Source: Macrostomum lignano
Taxonomy: Eukaryota
NCBI GenBank assembly: GCA_002269645.1
Contig: NIVC01003219.1
Span: 1-64,000, forward strand
Length of the DNA: 64,000 nucleotides
Direction of reading: 5' to 3'
Position 1 is the stretch's first letter; every line of letters starts with the position of its first letter. Both the position numbers and the translations under genes were made by a program. Positions 47,317 through 59,300 of the stretch are shown piece after piece. The notes under the pieces were generated by a model that saw nothing but the letters and a program-made list of their open reading frames with translations, was not told the origin of the DNA and searched no databases.

Positions 47317-50300
47317 ATGTCCGCCGAACTTAATCCCGCGTGGATTCGCGAAACCAAACAGCTATTCGTTGATTTAACATCAAAGAATGACGAGACTCGA
47401 GCTGAGGCTTACAAACGCCTTTGCCAATTTATTCAATTCGACCTGCCAGAAGCCTCCGCCGAAGCTGTTAATGCCTATGTTGAACGATGGAATGGGAAAA
47501 TTGTTGAATTGATCAACTCTGGCGACGTCAATGACAAGCGAGGCGCCGTTCTAGCAATTGTAGCCCTGCTGGATATTGAGCACAGAGATTTGGCTGCTGC
47601 TATCTCGCGCTACGATAGCAACTTAAGGGTGCTGTTCAGGTTAGTTGGTGACTTTAGTCCCCTGAGTTAGGCGCTTCTGACACGATCTAAGTGCGCAGAG
47701 AAGAGATTATACAATTCTGACATTGATTAAGCAGTTGTAAAGTGAATGGTTAGAGCATCGGACTCACAACTGAGAGGTCAGGGGTTCGATTCTCGACCAT
47801 CTGGGAACTATTCGTGCCATTGAGCAAGGCACTTAACTCTGCATTGCTTCAGTTCACCCAGCTGTAAAATGGGTGCCAGCATTAGCTGGGGTAATTGAGG
47901 GTGTGTGTGGCGACCCCCCCCCAGTCCTTGGACTGAACAGCCGTATGCAGCCTTCAGATGCAGTGCTCATAAGACGAAGAAGGCGATTTTTGAGTCACGA
48001 GCGCATCACATGGCTTGTAGAATCCTAAGAGTCTCGAAAAAAGTCATCCAAAAGTCGTTGCGTTAGCGCTTAACTGTCTAATATCTCAAATAGAGTAAAT
48101 AGAGTTGCTATAAATGCGATTCTGAATTCATCAAGTGATACCTACAGATGGTATTACAGATACTTACAGACACTTACAGATGGTATTACAGACACACTTT
48201 TACAGATGTTATTACAGACAATTACAGATGGTATTACAGACACACTTTTACAGATGTTATTACAGACAATTACAGATGGTATTACAGACACTTACAGATG
48301 GTATTACAGACACTTACAGATGGTATTACAGACACTTACATATGATATTACAGACACTTTTACAGATGTTATTACAGACACTTACAAATGGTAATACAGA
48401 CACTTTTACAGATGTTATTACAGACACTTACAGATGGTATTACAGAAACTTATAGACACTTACAGATGGTATTACAGTACCTACAGACACTTACAGATGG
48501 TATTACAGATACTTACAGACACTTACAGATGGTATTTCAGATACTTACAGATAATACTACAGATACTACAGATAATATTGACAGATGGGCTGCAGTGCTC
48601 GCGCATCACATGGCTTGTAGAATCCTAAGAGTCTCGAAAAAAGTCGTCCAAAAGTCGTTGCGTTAGCGCTTAACTGTCTAATATCTCAAACAGATTAAAT
48701 AGAGTTGCTATAAATGCGATTCTGAATTCATCAAGTGACGCAGATGCGCTTTAGACGCAACTTAGTGATTCTACAGCGACTTGGCGACTTGTACCGCGAC
48801 ATCTTGTCGTTTTAGAGTCGTCTAAAGTCACTTCACTGTTACCTCTAAAAACTTTGTGGAGTGACTCTTCATTGGATGACAAGGATGCTGTTTTGTACTC
48901 ATCCCAATTTATCATCCTCAAACATATCCTCCTCAGATCATTGGACGTTTCTCTGGCGGAAACTTTAGCAATCGCCTTCTCCTTGGTAGCGTCTCGAGCT
49001 CCGCCCGGCTTCTTATCGCAGGACTTGGTCTCTAAGCACATCGATCGTTGCGCTGAAAATGTCTATCACCAGGAGGTCGGCCGGCGTCTGTTTAGCGTGC
49101 ATTTGATGCGAGAATTTGCTAAAAAGTGTCCCACAGTAGTCTATCAGGTATTGGGGCTTGTTTGCGTGATGCCTTAGTTTTGTAAATTATTTGATATCAA
49201 GTGTGTGTCTGAAGTCTCTTTTTTTCTAATCTATAATATTTTAAGTCTAATCTAGCTAATCTATCCTATCGTATCTACCGAATGTATCTAAACTAATCTA
49301 GCTAATCTACCTAAATTGAATCCGTTTGATCAAACTATCTTATCTACTCTCTAATCTACGTAATCTAATCTAATCTAATCTAATCTGTTTAATCTTAGAA
49401 TTTGATAATCTTAGAATTAGATAATTTTAATCTTAGAATTAGAATTACACGTTTATTAAATCCGTCTACTCAACCTATCTATTCTAATCTAATATATCAT
49501 ATGAAATCTAATCTAATCTAATCTATCTAATCCGTCTAATCCATCTAAGTAAATCCATCTAAACTGGTCTATCTAATCCAATCTAATCTAATCTAATCCA
49601 ATCTTATCTAATTTAATTCGATATATTATTATCTATCTAGTCTAATGTATCTAATCTAATCTATCTGCTCTGTTTCACCAATCGAATCGAATCTAGTCTA
49701 ACCTAATCTAACCTACTTATTAAAAATAGGCATCTAATCTATCTCTCAGAATCCAAGACAACCTGAAACCCCGTTGTACTGCTGTCCCATTGAATCTGAA
49801 AAAAAAATCCCATCGCACTTTGCCACCACAGAGCATTGAAACGGTATTCGGCATTCTGTTTAGCGGCCTGCGCGACTCCAAGCAGGCGGTTAGAGAGGCC
49901 GCAGCCAGCGGTTTCCGCGCCTGCCTACGCATCACGGCCGACCGGGAGGTGACTCGGAAAGGCGCCCGATCTCGCGAGCTGCCCAGCTACTATCAGAAGA
50001 TGTTCAGCACCATTATCGAAGCGCACGAGGATAGCGAGGCTACTAAAAAGAATCGACTTAGCAAGGAAGATTTCGTTCACGGCTCGTTGCTGTTGCTTAA
50101 TGAGCTGCTGGTTGCCAGCAATGCGGATGCTGAGCGAGTCCGGCAGGCGGTTCTGCGAGCGTCTGCTCAGACGCCGCAGCCGATGACCACGACTAGCCTG
50201 CTTGGTCGTAGCGTCGGTGTACCATTGGATCGTCTGGGCATCGGCTCGGCTGCCGTAGTCAGCGTTGGCGGCAGTTCAGCCTCCGCTATTTCGGCTGCCG

Positions 50301-53300
50301 CTTCATCTGGCGTAGCTTCCGTTGTTGGTGCCGCGTCCAGCGCCGCCGTCGGTTTGTTGGGCTCGGCGGTGGGCTTAAGCATAGACGATCGAGATGACGC
50401 ATCGGGGACTGTGCCGGTTGAATCTGTGTGCTGTAGGAATATGTTTGCCGAGGTTAAGAATTATCAGACTATTGGCAATAAAGTGTTTAGGCATTGTTCG
50501 GCCAGATGCGGCCCGCAGGTTGGTTTTATTGCTTGTTTGTTAATATTTTAATGCATTACAGACACTTACAGATGGCATTACAGACACTTTTACAGATGTT
50601 ATTACAGACAATTACAGACGGTATTACAGATACCTACAGATGGTATTACAGATGCTTACAGACATTTACAGATGGTATTACAAACACTTTTACATGTTAT
50701 TACAGACAATTACAGATGGCATTACAGACATTTTTACATGTTAATTCAGACAATTACAGATGGTATTACAGACACTTTTACATGTTATTACAGACAATTA
50801 CAGATGGAATTACAGACACTTTTACATGTTATTACAGACAATTACAGATGGTATTACAGATACCTACAGATGGTATTACAGAAACTTACAGACACTTACA
50901 GATGGTATTACAGAAACTTACAGACACTTACAGATGGTATTACAGAAACTTACAGACACTTACAGATGGTATTACAGAAACTTACAGACACTTACAGATG
51001 GTATTACAGACACTTACAGATGGTATTACAGAAACTTACAGACACTTACAGATGGTATTACAGACACTTACAGATGGTATTACAGAAACTTACAGACACT
51101 TACAGATGGTATTACAGATAGTTAGAGATAATACTACAGACACTTACAGATGATATTACAGATACTTACAGACACTTACAGTTGATATCACAGATACTTA
51201 CAGACACTTACAGTTGATATCACAGATACTTACAGACACTTACAGTTGATATCACAGATACAGACACTCAATAAAAAGTGTCCCATATTTCCATCATCAT
51301 CCGGCTCAGGTGTACCAAATTCTGCTGCACATCCTGCCCCGCCTAGCCGCGTTCAATCCTGAGAAATTCTCAGAATTTTATCTGAACCAAACTATGCAAT
51401 TCCTGCTGGACGCTGTTAGGCGAGACAAACAGAAATCGCTAACTCTGCAAGCGATTGGCCTGGTAGCTCTGGTTGTCAAGGACGAGTTCGTACCCTATTT
51501 GAATAGCGTTATGCCTGTGGTGCGACAGATGCTGCCAAATAGAGATGCACCGCCGAAGTAAGTACTGAGTTATTGTTTAAATTCTTTTATTTGGGTTGTA
51601 GTGCGACTCACGCAGTCATGATAGGGCCAGCACCCAAGGCACCGAGGGTGTGTATGCTGTGTATGTACACCCTGTGTGAGCGTGTGTATGATTGCATGCC
51701 CGCGTACAGTACTGGCTAAATACCTAATGCAATTCCTGATCCAATACCTAATTCAATCCCTAATCCGATCCTAGATCTAATACCTAATCTAATCCCTAAT
51801 CTAATCCATAATCCAATCCTTGATCTCATCCCTAATCCCTAATCCAATCCCTAATCCAATCCCTAATCCAATCCATAATCCAATCCCTAATCCAATCCAT
51901 AATCCAATCCATAATCCAATCCCTAATCCAATCCATAATCCAATCCCTAATCCAATCCATAATCCAATCCCTAATCCAATCCCTAATCGAATCTCTAATT
52001 CAATTCCTAATCGAATCCCTAATCCAATCCCTAATCCAATCCATAATCCAATCCCTAATCCAATCCATAATCCAATCCCTAATCCAATCCATAATCCAAT
52101 CCCTAATCCAATCCATAATCCAATCCCTAATCCAATTTCTAATCGAATCTCTAATTCAATTCCTAATCGAATCCCTAATCCAATCCATAATCCAATCCAT
52201 AATCCAATCCCTAATCCAATCACTAATCCAATCCCTAATCCAATCACTAATCCAATCCCTAATCCAATCCCTCATTGAATCCCTAATCCAATCCCTAATT
52301 GAATCCCTAATCCAATCCCTAATTGAATCCCTAATCCAATACCTAATCGAATCCCTAATCCAATCCCTAATCCAATTCCTAATCAAATTCCTAATTAAAT
52401 CCCTAATCCAATTCCTAATCCAATCCCTAATCCAATTCCTAATCCAATCCGTAATCCAACACCTAATCGAATCTTATATTTAATTCCTAATAGAATCCCT
52501 AATCCAATCCCTAATCGAATCCCTAATCCAGTCCCTAGTCCAGTCCCTAATCCAATCCCTAATCCAATCCCTAATCCAATACCTAATCCCATCCCTAATC
52601 GAATCCCTAATCCAGTCCCTAGTCCAGTCCCTAATCCAATCCCTAATCCAATCCCTAATCCAATACCTAATCCCATCCCTAATCGAATCACTAATCCAGT
52701 CCCTAGTCCAGTCCCTAATCCAATCCCTAATCCAATCCCTAATTCAATACCTAATCCAATCCCTAATCGAATTCATTCAATCCTGAATCCTAGATCTTAT
52801 GATTTTTGAAAGCTTAATTCTACTTTCGTAGCGTGTTAAAGCAGAACTGAACCCAAAACTTGGTCATCTTATAGGGGGGGGGGGTTACAAGGGGTGCTTC
52901 TAAGCCAGGTATGTACTTCAATCTGTTAAAATATATATTTAAAATTGAAATCGTCTTGTTTGTTTCTTAAAAAACCTTACAATTTTAGCATGTCAGCGCT
53001 GTCAGCCATTCAGCTGAAAATCAAGTAGGAGTTTAGTGTCTTAAATTATCTTAACTTACCTTTCCTATATATGCTTAGTATTATTAAAATGCTTTATTCA
53101 ATTTGTGTTGTCTTTAGTTACACCCTTAATACAGTTGTTAATAATATCTACACAAGTTCCATATTAGATATGAATATATTATCTTATGCTTATAATCTAT
53201 CCATATATATATTCATAGTTTTCTATCTTCTATGCATTTTCTATTTACCGTAAATATAGCTTGAATCATTTCTGTTCTTCACTGAAAATCAGGTGATTGT

Positions 53301-56300
53301 GACGGTTCTGTACTGAAAATCAGGTGATTGTGACGGTTCTGTACTGAAAAGCAGGTGATTGTGACGGTTCTGTACTGAAAAGCAGGTGATTGTGATTGTG
53401 ACGGTTCTGTACTGAAAATCAGGTGATTGTGATTGTGATGGTTCTGTACTAAAAAGCAGGTGATTGTGACGGTTCTGTACTGAAAAGCAGGTGATTGTGA
53501 CGGTTCTGTACTGAAAAACAGGTGATTGTGACGGTTCTGTACTAAAAAGCAGGTGATTGTGATGGTTCTGTACTGAAAAGCAGGTGATTGTGACGGTTCT
53601 GTACTGAAACGCAGGCGATTGTGATTGTGACGGTTCTGTACTGAAAAGCAGGTGATTGTGACGGTTCTGTACTGAAAATCAGGTGATTGTGACGGTTCTG
53701 TACTGAAAAGCAGGTGATTGTGACGGTTCTGTACTGAAAAGCAGGTGATTGTGACGGTTCTGTACTGAAAATCAGGTGATTGTGATTGTGATGGTTCTGT
53801 ACTAAAAAGCAGGTGATTGTGATTGTGACGGTTCTGTACTAAAAATCAGGTGATTGTGACGGTTCTGTACTGAAAAGCAGGTGATTGTGATTGTGACGGT
53901 TCTGTACTGAAAAGCAGGTGATTGTGATTGTGATGGTTCTGTACTAAAAATCAGGTGATTGTGACGGTTCTGTACTGAAAAGCAGGTGATTGTGATTGTG
54001 ACGGTTCTGTACTGAAAAGCAGGCGATTGTGATTGTGATGGTTCTGTACTAAAAAGCAGGTGATTGTGAAGGTTCTGTACTGAAAATCAGGTGATTGTGA
54101 TTGTGATGGTTCTGTACTAAAAAGCAGGTGATTGTGATTGTGACGGTTCTGTACTGAAAAGCAGGTGATTGTGACGGTTCTGTACTGAAAAGCAGGTGAT
54201 TGTGACGGTTCTGTACTGAAAAGCAGGTGATTGTGATTGTGACGGTTCTGTACTGAAAATCAGGTGATTGTGATTGTGATGGTTCTGTACTAAAAAGCAG
54301 GTGATTGTGAAGGTTCTGTACTGAAAAGCAGGTGATTGTGACGGTTCTGTACTAAAAATCAGGTGATTGTGACGGTTCTGTACTAAAAAGCAGGTGATTG
54401 TGATGGTTCTGTACTGAAAAGCAGGTGATTGTGACGGTTCTGTACTGAAACGCAGGCGATTGTGATTGTGACGGTTCTGTACTGAAAAGCAGGTGATTGT
54501 GACGGTTCTGTACTGAAAATCAGGTGATTGTGACGGTTCTGTACTGAAAAGCAGGTGATTGTGACGGTTCTGTACTGAAAATCAGGTGATTGTGATGGTT
54601 CTGTACTAAAAAGCAGGTGATTGTGACGGTTCTGTACTGAAAATCAGGTGATTGTGATTGTGATGGTTCTGTACTGAAAAGCAGGTGATTGTGACGGTTC
54701 TGTACTAAAAATCAGGTGATTGTGACGGTTCTGTACTGAAAAGCAGGTGATTGTGATTGTGACGGTTCTGTACTGAAAAGCAGGTGATTGTGATTGTGAT
54801 GGTTCTGTACTAAAAATCAGGTGATTGTGACGGTTCTGTACTGAAAAGCAAGTGATTGTGATTGTGACGGTTCTGTACTGAAAAGCAGGCGATTGTGATT
54901 GTGACGGTTCTGTACTGAAAATCAGGTGATTGTGATGGTTCTGTACTAAAAAGCAGGTGATTGTGACGGTTCTGTACTGAAAATCAGGTGATTGTGATTG
55001 TGATGGTTCTGTACTGAAAAGCAGGTGATTGTGACGGTTCTGTACTAAAAATCAGGTGATTGTGACGGTTCTGTACTGAAAAGCAGGTGATTGTGATTGT
55101 GACGGTTCTGTACTGAAAAGCAGGTGATTGTGATTGTGATGGTTCTGTACTAAAAATCAGGTGATTGTGACGGTTCTGTACTGAAAAGCAAGTGATTGTG
55201 ATTGTGACGGTTCTGTACTGAAAAGCAGGCGATTGTGATTGTGATGGTTCTGTACTAAAAAGCAGGTGATTGTGATTGTGACGGTTCTGTACTGAAAAGC
55301 AGGTGATTGTGACGGTTCTGTACTGAAAAGCAGGTGATTGTGACGGTTCTGTACTGAAAAGCAGGTGATTGTGACGGTTCTGTACTGAAAAGCAGGTGAT
55401 TGTGACGGTTCTGTACTGAAAAACAGGTGATTGTGACGGTTCTGTACTAAAAAGCAGGTGATTGTGACGGTTCTGTACTGAAAATCAGGTGATTGTGATG
55501 GTTCTGTACCAAAAAGCAGGTGATTGTGACGGTTCTGTACTGAAACGCAGGCGATTGTGATTGTGACGGTTCTGTACTGAAAAGCAGGTGATTGTGACGG
55601 TTCTGTACTGAAAAGCAGGTGATTGTGACGGTTCTGTACTGAAAAGCAGGTGATTGTGACGGTTCTGTACTGAAAAGCAGGTGATTGTGACGGTTCTGTA
55701 CTGAAAATCAGGTGATTGTGACGGTTCTGTACTGAAAAACAGGTGATTGTGACGGTTCTGTACTAAAAAGCAGGTGATTGTGACGGTTCTGTACTGAAAA
55801 TCAGGTGATTGTGACGGTTCTGTACTAAAAAGCAGGTGATTGTGACGGTTCTGTACTGAAAATCAGGTGATTATGACGGTTCTGTACTAAAAAAGGTGAT
55901 TGTGACGGTTCTGTACTGAAAAGCAGGTGATTGTGACGGTTCTGTACTGAAAAGCAGGTGATTGTGACGGTTCTGTACTGAAAATCAGGTGATTGTGACG
56001 GTTCTGTACTGAAAAGCAGGTGATTGTGACGGTTCTGTACTGAAAAGCAGGTGATTGTGATTGTGACGGTTCTGTACTGAAAAGCAGGTGATTGTGACGG
56101 TTCTGTACTGAAAAGCAGGTGATTGTGACGGTTCTGTACTGAAAATCAGGTGATTCTGACGGTTCTGTACTAAAAAGCAGATGATTGTGATTGTGATTGT
56201 GATTGTGATTGTGATTGTGACGGTTCTGTACTGAAACGCAGGCGATTGTGATTGTGACGGTTCTGTACTGAAAAGCAGGTGATTGTGACGGTTCTGTACT

Positions 56301-59300
56301 GAAAAGCAGGTGATTGTGACGGTTCTGTACTGAAAAGCAGGTGATTGTGACGGTTCTGTACTGAAAAGCAGGTGATTGTGACGGTTCTGTACTGAAAATC
56401 AGGTGATTGTGACGGTTCTGTACTGAAAAGCAGGTGATTGTGACGGTTCTGTACTAAAAAACAGGTGATTATGACGGTTCTGTACTAAAAAACAGGTGAT
56501 TGTGACGGTTCTGTACTGAAAAGCAGGTGATTGTGACGGTTCTGTACTGAAAAGCAGGTGATTGTGACGGTTCTGTACTGAAAAGCAGGTGATTGTGACG
56601 GTTCTGTACTGAAAAGCAGGTGATTGTGACGGTTCTGTACTAAAAAGCAGATGATTGTGATTGTGATTGTGATTGTGATTGTGACGATTCTGTACTGAAA
56701 AGCAGGTGATTGTGACGGTTCTGTACTGAAAAACAGGTGATTGTGACGGTTCTGTACTAAAAAGCAGGTGATTGTGACGGTTCTGTACTGAAAATCAGGT
56801 GATTGTGATGGTTCTGTACCAAAAAGCAGGTGATTGTGACGGTTCTGTACTGAAACGCAGGCGATTGTGATTGTGACGGTTCTGTACTGAAAAGCAGGTG
56901 ATTGTGACGGTTCTGTACTGAAAAGCAGGTGATTGTGACGGTTCTGTACTGAAAAGCAGGTGATTGTGACGGTTCTGTACTGAAAAGCAGGTGATTGTGA
57001 CGGTTCTGTACTGAAAATCAGGTGATTGTGACGGTTCTGTACTGAAAAACAGGTGATTGTGACGGTTCTGTACTAAAAAGCAGGTGATTGTGACGGTTCT
57101 GTACTGAAAATCAGGTGATTGTGACGGTTCTGTACTAAAAAGCAGGTGATTGTGACGGTTCTGTACTGAAAATCAGGTGATTATGACGGTTCTGTACTAA
57201 AAAACAGGTGATTGTGACGGTTCTGTACTGAAAAGCAGGTGATTGTGACGGTTCTGTACTGAAAAGCAGGTGATTGTGACGGTTCTGTACTGAAAATCAG
57301 GTGATTGTGACGGTTCTGTACTGAAAAGCAGGTGATTGTGACGGTTCTGTACTGAAAAGCAGGTGATTGTGATTGTGACGGTTCTGTACTGAAAAGCAGG
57401 TGATTGTGACGGTTCTGTACTGAAAAGCAGGTGATTGTGACGGTTCTGTACTGAAAATCAGGTGATTCTGACGGTTCTGTACTAAAAAGCAGATGATTGT
57501 GATTGTGATTGTGATTGTGATTGTGATTGTGACGGTTCTGTACTGAAACGCAGGCGATTGTGATTGTGACGGTTCTGTACTGAAAAGCAGGTGATTGTGA
57601 CGGTTCTGTACTGAAAAGCAGGTGATTGTGACGGTTCTGTACTGAAAAGCAGGTGATTGTGACGGTTCTGTACTGAAAAGCAGGTGATTGTGACGGTTCT
57701 GTACTGAAAATCAGGTGATTGTGACGGTTCTGTACTGAAAAGCAGGTGATTGTGACGGTTCTGTACTAAAAAACAGGTGATTATGACGGTTCTGTACTAA
57801 AAAGCAGATGATTGTGATTGTGATTGTGATTGTGATTGTGACGATTCTGTACTGAAAAGCAGGTGATTGTGACGGTTCTGTACTGAAAAACAGGTGATTG
57901 TGACGGTTCTGTACTAAAAAGCAGGTGATTGTGACGGTTCTGTACTGAAAATCAGGTGATTGTGATGGTTCTGTACCAAAAAGCAGGTGATTGTGACGGT
58001 TCTGTACTGAAACGCAGGCGATTGTGATTGTGACGGTTCTGTACTGAAAAGCAGGTGATTGTGACGGTTCTGTACTGAAAAGCAGGTGATTGTGACGGTT
58101 CTGTACTGAAAAGCAGGTGATTGTGACGGTTCTGTACTGAAAAGCAGGTGATTGTGACGGTTCTGTACTGAAAATCAGGTGATTGTGACGGTTCTGTACT
58201 GAAAAACAGGTGATTGTGACGGTTCTGTACTAAAAAGCAGGTGATTGTGACGGTTCTGTACTGAAAATCAGGTGATTGTGACGGTTCTGTACTAAAAAGC
58301 AGGTGATTGTGACGGTTCTGTACTGAAAATCAGGTGATTATGACGGTTCTGTACTAAAAAACAGGTGATTGTGACGGTTCTGTACTGAAAAGCAGGTGAT
58401 TGTGACGGTTCTGTACTGAAAAGCAGGTGATTGTGACGGTTCTGTACTGAAAATCAGGTGATTGTGACGGTTCTGTACTGAAAAGCAGGTGATTGTGACG
58501 GTTCTGTACTGAAAAGCAGGTGATTGTGATTGTGACGGTTCTGTACTGAAAAGCAGGTGATTGTGACGGTTCTGTACTGAAAAGCAGGTGATTGTGACGG
58601 TTCTGTACTGAAAATCAGGTGATTCTGACGGTTCTGTACTAAAAAGCAGATGATTGTGATTGTGATTGTGATTGTGATTGTGATTGTGACGGTTCTGTAC
58701 TGAAACGCAGGCGATTGTGATTGTGACGGTTCTGTACTGAAAAGCAGGTGATTGTGACGGTTCTGTACTGAAAAGCAGGTGATTGTGACGGTTCTGTACT
58801 GAAAAGCAGGTGATTGTGACGGTTCTGTACTGAAAAGCAGGTGATTGTGACGGTTCTGTACTGAAAATCAGGTGATTGTGACGGTTCTGTACTGAAAAGC
58901 AGGTGATTGTGACGGTTCTGTACTAAAAAAACAGGTGATTATGACGGTTCTGTACTAAAAAACAGGTGATTGTGACGGTTCTGTACTGAAAATCAGGTGA
59001 TTGTGACGGTTCTGTACTGAAAAGCAGGTGATTGTGACGGTTCTGTACTGAAAAGCAGGTGATTGTGACGGTTCTGTACTGAAAAGCAGGTGATTGTGAC
59101 GGTTCTGTACTAAAAAGCAGATGATTGTGATTGTGATTGTGATTGTGATTGTGACGATTCTGTACTGAAAAGCAGGTGATTGTGACGGTTCTGTACTGAA
59201 AATCAGGTGATTATGGCGGTTCTGTACTAAAAAACAGGTGATTGTGACGGTTCTGTACTGAAAAGCAGGTGATTGTGATTGTGACGGTTCTGTACTGAAA

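Noticed and set aside
47731-47800. tRNA gene
   Set aside because: A and B boxes are present, but the acceptor stem is not well formed and the sequence runs into a CORE-like domain; treated as a SINE head.
50160-50410. Ala/Ser/Gly-rich insertion in mTOR as a novel domain
   Set aside because: It falls in the variable low-complexity loop of the TOR N-terminal HEAT region that also differs among other animals.
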